Source: Antechinus flavipes (Eukaryota). Taken from it: a DNA stretch of 64,000 nucleotides. Of the stretch, positions 52,451 through 64,000 are shown one piece after another. Under the pieces are notes generated by a model that was not told the origin of the DNA, did not search any database, and saw only the letters and a program-made list of their open reading frames with translations. Made by a program: the position numbers and the translations under genes. The DNA is taken from assembly GCF_016432865.1 (NCBI RefSeq), contig NC_067401.1, forward strand, positions 110,980,001 through 111,044,000. Reading direction: 5' to 3'. The stretch's first letter is position 1, and each line of letters starts with the position of its first letter.

Positions 52451-54189
52451 TGTCCTCCAAGTACCGTGCCCATTTTACAGATAGAGTAACTGAGAGATGT
52501 GATGTCATTTGTCCGTATTCCCACGGCTAGGACTGTCAAGGAGAATATCCCAGTCTAGATCTCTTCATCATGCTCCAACGATGAGACAGTGAGAGAGAGG
52601 GGTGGGCTTCGGATCAACTCATCAATAAGCATTTATCAGGCTCTTACTTGCGCCCGGCACCGTTCAGTGGGTGCCGTGCTGGGCCTGGGGTCGGGAAAAC
52701 CCAGGTTCGGGTGTGGCCCAACATTCACTGGTTGTGTGAGTCCGGGCAAGTCGCTTCGCCCCTCGCAGGCAGCCGGGAGGCTCAGGACCGGCCTGGAGTC
52801 AGGACGGTCCCAGGTTCCAATCTTGTTCAAAACAAAAGTTGTGTGAGCTTGGGCCAGTCACTTACCCCCTGGGAAAGGACATTCTAGTACCTCTGACAAG
52901 AGATACCCTGGATGGTACTGCGGGCTCTGGTCCCCAAGGTCATGAAGAGTCAAGACCCGAGGGACTGCTGAGCCGACAATCGCCAGGCACTGTGCTAGGC
53001 GAAAATGAAATCAGGCATGTGCAAAGTATATACTGAATAAAGGAGCAAAGGGAACAAGCATTTATTAAGCCCCTTCTGTTTGCTAGGCACCGCACTAAGT
53101 GCTTTACAAACCTGTTAGTTTTGGGGGCAGGGGGTGGAGGGAGGTAAGGGAAGGTCCTGGCAGCTGTGGGGACTAAGCCCCATGCAGGAGGGGGCTCACC
53201 GAACCCCTTGTAAAGGAATCTGCACTATGCAGATGAAGTGTGTGCATTCCAGACCCGGGACAGCCCGGACTAAAGACTTTGAGTGGAGGTGAGATTGTGA
53301 AGAGGAGGCGGGGATATTAAAAAGTTTGGAGAGCTGGAAGGGGAGTAATATTAGGTAATAGGTTGGGGGTCCAATTATGGAGGAAATCAGATGATTGTTG
53401 TCAAGTCACTTAACCATTTCTGCTTCTGAGGCAATTGGGAACAGAAATTACACCCCAGTGGCTGATGTATGATCTGCATAGGTGGAGGAGTCCGCCCTAA
53501 AGCTGACACACCGTACAATGGTATAACCTGATCAATTGGAAACCTTGTAGATGAAGTACCTGCAGTGTGCAAGTGAGTTTGCTGAGCTTGGAATTCTCTT
53601 TCCACCTCCCACACAGTCTTGGGACTAGAGAGGTTTCCACCCACATACCATACATAGTACTGGCGTTACCCCGAGCCACAGTTGATTCACCCTTTCCCTG
53701 CCCGGACCAAGACCCTAGGCATTTTGAGCACCCAAGACCCATAAACCCAAGCTTCTGACCAACTCTACTCTAGTATCTAAAGGGAAAGGGAGAAGAGCCC
53801 AGGAAAAATCTCATGTTTCTGAAGGGCAAGAGAACAAACTGCCTCAGAAAATGTGGGAATTCAGGAAGAGTGATTCAATGAATGGACTGGACTCCTACTC
53901 TTCTGGAGAACGAAATAAGGGCTGGGGGTAGAAGGAACAGAGGCTGGAAATCAAAAGCGTTTTGACTATGGAAGGAACTACTGCAATCAAGCTGGAGCTG
54001 AAAGTATCTGGGTCCTCATTTTGCAGAGGAGAAAATTTTAGAGATGGTAGCAAATGATGAGAAACACTGACTTCTAATCACTCACAACTAGATCAATCAT
54101 AGACATAAGAACTGAAGGAGCCTTAAAAAGCAGATGACCCAAGTGACAAAGAACTAGAAATTAGGGGGATGGCTCATCAACTGGGGAAT

Positions 54190-54590
54190 TGTTACACAGT
54201 TGTGGTTATGTCGCTGTGATAGAATACTCTTGTACTGTAAGAAATGAGCTGGCTAATTTTAGAAAAACATGGGAAGACTTGCATGAAATAACGAAGAATG
54301 AAATGAGCAGAACCAAGAGAATGTTGGATAGAGTAACAGCAATATTGTCCAAAAAACTGAACTAAATTATTCTGAGTACTGTACATATTCAAATCAAAGA
54401 GAAGACCTTTGAAGGAATATGCTACCCACATCCAGAGAAACAATTGATAGAGAAATATGCATATTTAACATTACACACACATACACACACACAATATCTG
54501 TGTCAAATAGCCTTCTCTAATATAGAGTGCAGAGAGGGAGACAATTCAGGACTTAAAATATAGCAACAAAACAAAGTTTATAAAAATGAT
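54190..54590 (+). mobile_element. Old L1 3' fragment
   Basis: agaatactcttgtactgtaagaaatga...gggaagacttgcatgaa...gaaatgagcagaaccaagagaatg. Confidence 0.6.
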
Positions 54591-54922
54591 CAGAAGACCC
54601 AATCGTCTCCTTTTACAGATGAGAAAACCAAGGCCCAGAGTAGCTATGACTTTCAAGTGACTTTCCTAAGACTCTCAGCTAATGACAAACCAGTCCTTGG
54701 GATTCCAATCACCCAATCCCAATCTAGTGTCCTTTTCACTATATCATATTGCTCCAAAAGGAGAAGTTTCTAAACATTCAGGCTAGGAAGAGGTGGTCCC
54801 ATGCAGATAGAGAAGTAACCTGACAAGGGTCTTCAACCTGTTCACTGAAGGGATGGAGGAAGGCCAAAGAATATAATACATAATTTCATTCTGACAAAGA
54901 GCACTTATGTAAAAACAACAAC

Positions 54923-54928
54923 TTTAAT
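54923..54928 (-). terminator. EFNA1: EFNA1 polyadenylation signal (probable, ATTAAA)
   Basis: ATTAAA on the minus strand, about 680 nt after the stop codon, followed by U-rich sequence. Confidence 0.5.
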
Positions 54929-55601
54929 TGTAGAAATCTCTCCAGGGAGAGATTTTATACACAAATATATATACATATACATACACACAATGGGCACTGC
55001 CCTTCTACACAGCACATGTTGGGGCACTGCCCCTCCTTGACTGCCTGGCATTGTTCTGAGATAGCCCCCGGAGGGGTGGCTCTGAATTAGGAGAGCCCAA
55101 GCTGTAACCTTTTGCCAATATGGCATTACAGATGGAATTGTATGTGAGTGTGTAGGGAAGGCAGACTCGGCGCACACAAGATGCTTCCTTCTCCCCATCT
55201 TCCCCTTCCCACATGAAAAGCTCAGTTTCTCTTCCTATTCCTTTAGAGTTCCATCTTGGGCACTCCTGGTTCTTCCATGGAGTGCATCCCCCGGGTCCAT
55301 CCATAAGCTTCCTACTTCTAAGAGGAGAAGCTGCCCTTGGTTAATTTCAGATTCTTGTTCTTTGGCAAAACAGGAGAAATGAAGAGATCTGTGTCATCTC
55401 AACCAGGGGGGCAGGACAAGTTGGCACTGCCAATCTTTCCTGGCACCCCTAATACTGACCCACGCCACCAGGGTGGCAGGTTTGTACTACGCCAGAGTTC
55501 CTCGGGCAGAGAATTCCAGTTTTCTCCCTTGGAAAGGGGCTGTTACCCCCTCTTTCCCCAGCCCAGTTCTAGTCCTCAAAAGCTGGGATTGATGCTCACT
55601 C

Positions 55602-58600
55602 TCAGGGAGTATGAAGCAGTATGAGGGGCAGAAGCAGCACAACCCAGGCAATTGGAAAAGTCCGAGGGGCAGCACTGTGTCCAATACTATGCAGAACCTG
55701 CACATTTGGATCATCTGGAAGGAAGGAGAGAAAAATCATAGATTCAGAGATAGTATAGATACTAGAAATAATCTAACCCAATTTTAAGGATGAGGAAAAC
55801 TGAAGCATGAGAGAAAGGAAATGCCTTTCACTCAGAATCCATCTTTCCACTAGATCAAATTGTCTCAGAGAGCACGCTAGAGACACCCCTTTAGTGAGAA
55901 AGCACACAGCTGCTGTAGGGGTGCCTGTCACTTTGCTCTGGTTTTATGTACCACTCTTTCTACCACTAATCCAGCCCATATCAAGTGAGAGCCTCCCTCT
56001 TCTGCCTCATCCCACCCCTCCCTTTCTACCTACCTGCTGTAAGTCGATTCTCATTCTGTGAACTAGCATCCACCTGGGGGCTGTGAGCTGGAAAACATTA
56101 AGAGAGGAGATTGAGAGGGCAGACACAGCAATTTGGCAAGGGGAGGGAGAGGAGGGACCCCCTATTCTGAACTGGGAAGCCCTAGCAACTTCTACCCATA
56201 CCAACAGCCCTGTGTCTATCCTGTGATGTAGACCTTCAAATTTGGAGAATCACATGATTCAACCTTTATTTCTCAATTAAGTAAACAGAGGTTCAGGGAG
56301 CTTGTACACATCCAATGTTTCAGAGGCAACTAAGTAACAAGTGAGAATTAAAATCCAAATCCCTTTACTTCAGATTTAATGCCTCTTTCCTCTTTTCTAC
56401 CTATTCTTATGTCATGAAGTCCATCGTGGTATAATATTGGAGGGTGGGCAGCAGAACTAACACAAATAGCCCATATACTCACTGATTTTGCCACCAACAG
56501 TCACTTTCAATCTCAGGCACTGGTCGCCATGGTGATGGAGGGGTTTGGCTGCAAAAGACACCCATATTGTGGTGAGAAGGGGGGCTCCCCTTCAAAGAAA
56601 AATCCCGGTTCCACCCATTTGTCCCCTGTTTTTCCTAGCTCCTGGCTTTCTTAATGCTTCTAAGGAAATGCATCTCTAAGACTGTTGATGATACTTGGAT
56701 ATTAATAGTTTCCTTAATGGATGAAAGTGCCTGGGTATTAATGATCTGTATATGTTCTCCTGAGCCTTCAGTCTCATATCCTGGAAACCAACTCCCCAAA
56801 TAAGGAAGAGTAGGAACATGAAAAACATAACCTGCTGTAAAGCTTTGAGGAGAAGGGTCAACAAAATAAAAAGTGCTGTCTTATCTGGAAAAGGGGAGGG
56901 TGTAAAGAAATAGGCAGAATAAGAAAATGATCCCTAAGACATGTTAATGTAAGTGTTGTGATCCGTTCTACCCCCGAGATTAGAATATGTACTTTGCTTT
57001 GTTCTCTTGGTGATATTATTTTTGTTTTCCTGTTTTAATGTGTACCTGACACCTCATAAAACGTTCTTTTGATCCAGCTAATCTAAGGTGGGCGGGCTGA
57101 GCTGCTCCTCTGGTACAGGTGTCTGGTTTTGCCAGGGAACTCCTGACCCTTGATGCTTGAAGAGTAAAATCTGAGCAATTTTTGAGAAATGTAGTCCCAG
57201 GAAGTGGGTCTAGAGGCAGATTCCTGGCTGCCCACTCCATTCTCATCCTGGTCAGAATACTCACGTGCTCTAGCCAAGCCCACCCTCCCTCCCCAGAGAT
57301 GTTCTCCTGCCTCACGTTTATTGCTTTTCCACATTTTGCTCCCCACAAGCCCGATTTGTCTGTCTGCTGACTCACAAATATAGTAGTAGCTGTGTCCTTC
57401 TTTGAATTCCTTTCCCAGAGTAAAGGGGGTAAAACGTTGGAACTTCTCAGATAACTTCTCAGGACCATGCCGGGCATTGGGCTGGTTACATTGCCATCGA
57501 ACTTGTTCTTTGGATTGAGGCTGGCACTCTTGATATTCCTCATGCTCCACCAGATACAGTGTGTAACGCTCCATGGCATCTGGGGCCACAGACTCATCCT
57601 CGTAATGTGGACAGATGATGTCCAAGTAATCATTTAGTTGGACATGGACTGTGTAGTCTTCATTCTGAAATCTGCACATAGAGCAGAGGAAAAAATGTCA
57701 GCTTGAATCCAATAGTAAAATTGTAGAGTTCAAAAAAGGTTCCTTTTAAGCCACAAAATGCAATCTAAGACCATTCCTCAAAGAATTCCTTCTACAACAC
57801 ACTCAGCAAGTAGATATCTAACCTCAGTCTCAAGACTTCCAGTGAGAGGGAAAGCATTCTGGTTTTATGTATTGTTTCATTGCTATTGAGCTTTTTAATT
57901 TTATCTATTATTTTATAGCTCTATTATCTCTGTTAAATGTCCCCTTTCTAGTTTTATACCATGCCCTGAAAAATGTCACAAAGGAAGCTCTAAAAGTTGT
58001 TTTTGTCCCCTAAATCTCACTATGAAAATGTTAAATTTTCTACTTTCCTCCCCTGAATAACTCTCCACTAAATCCCCAAATATCAATCTCTCAATGTTGT
58101 TGTGGTTGTTCAGTCGTATCCATCTCTTTGTAATCATACTTGGGATTTTCTTTTTTTTTTTTTTTTTTAATTTTTTAAATTTTTATTTAATAATTACTTT
58201 ATATTGACACTCGTTTCTGTTCCAATTTTTTTTCCCTCCCTCCCTCCACCCCCTCCCCTAGATGGCAAGCAGTCCTTTATATGTTGGATATGTTGCAGTA
58301 TATCCTAGCATACTTGGGATTTTCTTGCAAAGATACTAGCAGCTATGATTTGCTATTTCATTCTCCAGTTCATTTTATAGATGAGGGAATTGAGGCAAAC
58401 AGGGTTAAATGACTTGCCCAGGATCACACAGCTAGCATTTGAGACTAGATTTGAATTTACCAAGATGAGTCTTTTTGACTCCAGGTCCCACAAGCTATCC
58501 ACTCCCCCAGCTCCTCCCTCAATAGCCCCCAGTATAGGGATTGTTAACCTAGGTTCCATGAATTCTATTTTTAACATTCTGATAATCAGTATAACTCATT

Positions 58601-61600
58601 TCCTTTACAATATCATATATTCTCTCATAAGCATTCCTGAGAAGGGATCTATAAAGTTTACCAGACTGCTAAAGAAGCCCAGGACACCAAAATGGTCAAA
58701 AGCATACAATTTTCATTTCTGATTTCTCCCTGTCGTCCCTTCCCTCTTCCCATCAGCTTTCAAAATTTCCCCCAAATCTACACTAAGATTTGTATCCTTA
58801 TTCTATTGAGACATCCATTACTTCTATTCCTCTAATGGACATACATAGATAGGAAGAGGGACACAGGAAATGAAAAAGGAAGGGAGACAGAAAGAGAAAG
58901 AACTTTAAAATCATTATGGCACATATAAAAATATTAAATAACTGCAAGAATAGCTTCTTCTGGTTGCCTCTGAACCTCTCCAAGCACCAGTGTGATTGTA
59001 GCCCCTTCTCCAGTTCAGTGCTACTTCCCACAGATGTGTACCTGACCCATTAAATAAGGCTCTTTCACCTATACCCTATATCCTCCCAACTCTGGCTCAG
59101 ATCTTTTTTATATACACTATCTCTCAAAATCCCCTCCACCAGCTCACCTTGCAATCTCAAAAGCTCTTTAAAGCCTTTTAAATCTAACACCTCTCCTCTT
59201 TCCCTTCTCTTGCTCTTTTCCAAAATCCCTTCCAACCAGGCCTTCCCCCAAAAAACTCTCCATGTTTTCTTACTCCTATATATCCTCGTCCCTGAAATCC
59301 ATACTTTTGTTCCCTGAGGAGAATTCCAGAAATGCTGGAGTTTTCTGATTAGCTGCAGCTCCCCTCTGCTTCCTGCCAAGGAGGAACAGGTCTCCTGGCC
59401 TCCTTTCTCCCCCTCCCCACATTTGCCCCCAGGCTTTACAGGCTCCAGCCTGACTGCCCACTTGCCCCTCCTCCCACAAACGCAGACACCTGGCTCCAGG
59501 CCAGGTGGGGTCCCAGTGGGAAGAGTAGCCATCTCAAACTGGTCAGCTTTCCAAAATGTTTTCAGCCACCACCACAACTGGAGAAAGGGCAGTAATCTGT
59601 CTTGCCTACTAGAACATATCAGTGCCCAGGGAGCACAGGGAAGTGGGGCAGGACATATCAAAGAGAATGAAGTGGGCAAGGGTGCCCAGAGCCACCCAAG
59701 ACCAGCCAAGAGCCTGTCCAGCAGGGCCCTGCCTGCAAACAGACTGGGCATTCCCAGGCCCTTCCCCCACCTCGGGGAAGAAAGAGAGAGAGGCTTTTAA
59801 AATTCCTCTCTGGAGAGATAAACAGAGAAGCCATTTCAGAACAGGTATTTCAGCTCTGGGGCTGGCGTCTCTCTCCCTCTCCCCATGACAAGCACTGACT
59901 CACTCCCTCACCGCCTCCACCACGAGCCCCAGCCCCAGCGCCCCCCAGAGCCTGTGAGATGTGCCAAGGTGGCTGTTCTCCGCTTAACAACCTGGTGGGG
60001 GTCAACTTGTCCATCCATGCTTGGGCACCCGCAAGGGCAAAGGGGAAAGCCTGTGTAACCATTGCACTGCAGGGCCTCAGACTCCTGCTCAAGGCCAAAG
60101 CAGCATGTGCTACTTCAGATCAAGGCCGTTTCCTTCCCAAACTGCTGGAGAATGCTGCCCACTGCCAATAATTACTAATAGAAGCCTCTTGATTGTCCAT
60201 CTCTCATAAATATCTCAACTGGTTCCAAGCTGGGCCAGCCTCAACATCAACCTACTCTTGCTTCTTCGGGGCCCACCTTCTGGCCTAGAATCTGGAATCT
60301 AGAATCCATGTAGATTCAAAATAGGTTTCATCTTCTGGGTGAGATGGACAGGGGCAAAAGCTCAGCTTGACTCTGGCACCCCTCATTCACTCTCCCTGGA
60401 TTGGGAAATTCTTTGATTTCACTATTACTCTCCTTCTGGGAAATGGGGGGGAGGAGAAAGGGGGGGAGGTTGGCAAGGAAGAGGCTCCTTCCTGAAAGAG
60501 AGGAAACCTGGGAACTTGGGAACGGAAAAGGCCAGGGCTCTCCCCCTCCCAGCTAATGGTTTCCTGCTCCCCCTCCCCCCAGCACCTGGCACTGGGCATA
60601 AACAAAGATTTTGTACTCTCCTACTGTGGCAAGACCAGGTCAGGAGAGTAAATCCTGGGAAAGGAAGGAGGTAAAGGGCAGGCTGAGCTAGTGGCCCTGA
60701 GCAAGAGGGCATTGCCCTTCTGGGATGACAACAGGCTGGGGACCTCCCCATAATACAGGATTGGAGGAAACAGGCTGTGTTGAAATGAGTGGAACTTAAA
60801 AGCACTGACCAGATTCTAGGGACAGTAGCCCCAGCCCATGCCCACTTCTCTGCTCCCTGCCTTCCACTTTTCCCCCAAACACAGTTCCCACAATTTCTAA
60901 GGACTCTCAGACAGGAACAAAGGAGCCGACATCTCCAGTCCCTCCCAGTACCATTTGCCTCCTAGCTTCAAACCAGTCCCAAGAATTAACTCCTTCCCAC
61001 CCATTTTAACTCTTTCCTGATATTAGTGCCTGGGTCTTGCCCTCCCTAACCCACGGGTACCCTTCAGAAATCTTTGTCTTCCCAGGAATTTTCCCTAATC
61101 CTAACTCTGCAAAACCATCACCCACCAATCTTTGGCCAAGCTGAATCCAGTGTTTATCACTCACACCCCATTTCAGGTCTCAGTAGATGATATGTGCTCC
61201 ATTTTGGCCACGTTCCCAGCCCATCTTGAGCATAGAACACTTTCCTCTGACAACAAACTGCTCTGTGCCAGGTTTCAAGGAGAGCATCTAAATTACGAGT
61301 AAGGAAGCACTTTGGGAGTATTTGGGTAGAGGGTCCAAAGGTACAGAGAAAGGATTGGGTAAGATGGTGTTCATTTCACGAGGGGTAGTGACCGTGGAGT
61401 GGGGAGGGAAGGTGACAGGGACCTAGACTCCCTGGTTTTATAAAGTCTTAGGAGTACTCAAAGGCAGCAGGAAAGCACAGGAAAAGTAAGGTGGTGGGGG
61501 GCGGGAGGAGGGGGAGAGGGATGTTCCCTGAAGGGGTACAAGAGAAGGGGAAGGAATCACAAACGCACGCCCTCTCGCCTCCCTTTCACAACCCCCCGGA

Positions 61601-61795
61601 ATCTGGGAGAGAAGCTGTGAATTCTCTGCGATTGCATCTGCCGGGGCAGTGTCAGTCAGGGCGCCCCAGTAGTAGGGTTGGGGGAAGGCTGGGGAAAGCT
61701 TACTTGGGGTTTGAGCTGTTCCAGAAGACGGTGTGTCGGTCAGCGGAGGCCAAACTGCAACATAAGCCCAAGAGGGGAACCCACAGTAACTCCAT
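55602..61795 (-). CDS. EFNA1: Ephrin-A1 (GPI-anchored Eph ligand), 206 aa, 5 coding exons
   Basis: complement join(61704-61795,57376-57671,56483-56548,56034-56087,55602-55714), 621 nt, all GT-AG and in frame. MELLWVPLLGLCCSLASADRHTVFWNSSNPK...CPHY...[31 protein letters not shown]; GPI signal SIGHSAAPRTFPIAWVVLLLPLILLHTP. Confidence 0.97.
58095..58485 (-). mobile_element. Mar1-type SINE in EFNA1 intron 1, interrupted by an L1 insertion
   Basis: tgttgttgtggttgttcagtcg...gggattttcttgcaaagatact...gaggcaaacagggttaaatgacttgcccagg. Confidence 0.8.
58153..58308 (-). mobile_element. Very short young L1 3'-end insertion with perfect 18-bp TSD and poly(A)
   Basis: CATACTTGGGATTTTCTT at 58135-58152 and 58309-58326; about 18 T at 58151-58168. 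Confidence 0.9.
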
Positions 61796-61799
61796 AACG

Positions 61800-62110
61800 T
61801 GGCGCCTAGCCGGGCCGGGCCGGACCAGACTGGGCCAGCTCGGGCTGGGGATGGAGAGAGTGGGGGGAATCTCTCAAGAGTCCGGAGCTCGGGTGCTTCC
61901 CTGTGGCTGCAGTCCAGGAACGCGCTAACTACTCTGGCCTTGTAGCCCCACGGCTCCGCCTTTTGGGCCGGCCCCGCCCCGCCCCGCCCCGCCCCGCCCC
62001 GCGCTCCTGGCCCAGGGGAGAAGAGAGAAACCTGAGGAGCTGGCGCGCGCGCGCGTTTCTGTGTGTGCGCGCGCGCGCGCGTGTGTTGGGGAATGTGGGG
62101 GTCACAGTGT
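61800..62110 (-). promoter_or_regulatory. EFNA1: EFNA1 CpG promoter with (GGGGC)6 Sp/KLF array
   Basis: (GCCCC)6 at 61971-62000, about 175 nt upstream of the ATG, in CpG-rich sequence. Confidence 0.75.
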
Positions 62111-62248
62111 GCCTCTGAAGCTCCGAATGTTTCAGTATTTGTTTGTCTTTGTGGGTTTGTATCTTGTATTTCTGCGTTTCTGTGTCTGATAAATCTTGAT
62201 GTGTGTGAGAGACTATCTCAGAGGCAAATGCTTGTGTTTTGTTGTGAG

Positions 62249-62249
<1 letters not shown>

Positions 62250-62283
<34 letters not shown>
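62250..62283. repeat. (TG)n microsatellite
   Basis: About 17 uninterrupted GT units. Confidence 0.95.
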
Positions 62284-62285
<2 letters not shown>

Positions 62286-62429
62286 CTTGAACACATCTGT
62301 GTGCTCGCTTGTGTCTGGAAACGGAGGCTTTGTTTAAGCTGGGGTCTCTGGGCAACTTTGTTTTGGGACTGGCCATAGATGTGATGTGTAATAAATGACA
62401 ACTCCAGAACTTTTAGGCTTGGTTAAATG

Positions 62430-63080
62430 CTCCTTTCTACATTCCTCCTTATCTTTTTTTTCTCTCTTTCCCTCCTTTCCACATCCCTCCTTACCTCATT
62501 CCCCCCTTTCCACATCTCTCCTTATCTCTTTTTCTCCTTTTCCCTCCTTTCCACATCCCTCCTTATCTCTTTTTCTCCTTTTTCCTCCTTTCCACATCCC
62601 TCCTTATCTCTTTTTCTCTCTTTCCCTCCTTTCCACATCCCTCCTTACCTCATTCCCCCCTTTCCACATCCCTCCTTATCTCTTTTTCTCCCTTTCCCCC
62701 TTTCCACATCCCTCCTTATCTCTTTTTCTCCTTTTCCCTTCTTTCCACATCCTTCCTTACCTTATTTTCTCCCTTTCCCTCCTTTCCACATCCCTCCTTA
62801 TCTCTTTTTCTCCTTTTCCCTTCTTTCCACATCCTTCCTTACCTTATTTTCTCCCTTTCCCTCCTTTCCACATCCCTCCTTATCTTTTTTCTCCCTTTCC
62901 CTCCTTTCCACATCCTTCCTTACCTTATTTTCTCCCTTTTCCTCCTTTCCATATCTCTCCTTAACTCTTTTTCTCCTTTTCCCTCCTTAACTTTTTCTCC
63001 CTTTCCCTCCTTACTTCTTTTTCTCCCTTTTCCTCCTTTCCATATCTCTCCTTACCTAATTTTCTCTCTTTCCCTTCCCT
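62430..63080. repeat. Pyrimidine-rich minisatellite, about 41-bp unit with about 30-bp variants, 14-15 copies
   Basis: Core TTTCCACATC/TTTCCATATC counted 14 times. Consensus CTCCTTTCCACATCCCTCCTTATCTCTTTTTCTCCTTTTCC. Confidence 0.92.
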
Positions 63081-64000
63081 TTCCCTCCCCCCAGTCCCGG
63101 ACTCTGTCCGGGTCACCGCTCCTCCTGGCTTCTCTCACACTAAGTTGTTTGTTTTTCTTAGGTTTGTCAATGTTGGCTTTGTGTAAGGGATTGTGTCATC
63201 CCTAAAATGCCAGGAATTGTGTGTACGTGTATGCGCGCCTTACGATCAGGAGCCAGAATGTGTGTTCATTTTCGGTGTCAGTCTTCAGCATTGATTAAGC
63301 ACCTATTGTGCGGCCATCGGGCTAAGAACGGGATGTGCATATTCCTGTGCGAATGTGTATGGTTGTCTCACTACAATAGTGATTGTTAACGTGATGAGAG
63401 TGCTTGTATATGCCGGTCCCTCTGGCATGTTTTGTGTGTCCTCACGTACGTGTGTATTTATGTGCAAATGTTTGACTTGCAGTTGTGTTAATTTTGTGTT
63501 TGCACGGAAATGTGTATGCACCTGGATTATGAATGCAAAGGTCTGATAGAGGAAGATAACAGCTTGTGAGCGCATGTCCATGCGAATGAGTGAGAATGGC
63601 TGAGACTGGAACAGAAGTTAATGGCAGTTTCCAAGGTGCAATGTCGTTTGGGTGTTCTCTTCCTGGGGAATGTCATACATACATGTACCTAACTGGGTGA
63701 CCGTACAGAACTATCTGTGTGTGGTCTCATATCAGTGTTTCTCTTGGTGTCTGGCGTCTACCTCCCCCTGTGGCTTTAAACCAATTCCATCATGAGTCTC
63801 CCTCTCCCCGTATCTGGGAGGAAGGGGGGGGGGGTTGTTTACGCCTCAGTCACAGTCACGGGGCCAGGTCTGTCTCGCTCCCTGCTCCCCGCGGGGACAG
63901 AGCGCTCACGGCGTGTCAGCGTGGGGCCCGCACGTGGGCCTGCCTGTCTGCGTGTCCTGCGGGGAGAGACGAGACGACGGGGCGTCCGAGACTGTAACCC

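Noticed and set aside
53387-53758. Cluster of 63-85-aa ORFs between SLC50A1 and EFNA1
   Set aside because: No recognisable protein motif in any frame I translated, so there is no support for a gene or pseudogene.
57083-57375. 98-codon read-through of EFNA1 exon 2 into intron 2 (possible secreted isoform)
   Set aside because: The exon-2 donor (T|GTGAGT) is strong, and the nearest sense AATAAA (57318-57323) lies before the stop; chance openness is more likely.
62395-62990. 187-189-aa Phe/Pro/Leu/Ser ORFs
   Set aside because: Translations of the pyrimidine minisatellite.

Overview
Mammalian genomic DNA, most likely a marsupial and probably a dasyurid. This is inferred from Mar1/WSINE1-type SINEs and marsupial-type L1 3' ends. 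The window is syntenic with human 1q22 in reversed orientation: MUC1(+), TRIM46(-), KRTCAP2(+), a ~23 kb repeat-rich spacer, DPM3(+), SLC50A1(-), EFNA1(-). I rebuilt all six spliced CDSs by hand from splice sites and frame; all are intact. Main observations: (1) a fossil Ty3/Gypsy reverse-transcriptase domain at 31.5-32.2 kb that the ORF track misses; (2) MUC1 has a 36-aa (17+19) His-rich repeat with one N-glycosylation sequon per unit and lacks the juxtamembrane CQC motif; (3) TRIM46 has a 38-nt frameshifting 'poison' exon with a GC donor, plus a candidate alternative 5' exon next to an RFX X-box; (4) KRTCAP2 has a U12-type intron and a 78-bp intron-to-intron duplication; (5) a young, TSD-flanked L1 insertion lies in EFNA1 intron 1; (6) non-B-DNA-prone tracts cluster at the EFNA1 promoter. 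Comparisons with human and mouse sequences and repeat family names come from memory, not from searches, and need confirmation. There is one 130-N assembly gap beside a 32-bp AT-rich satellite.
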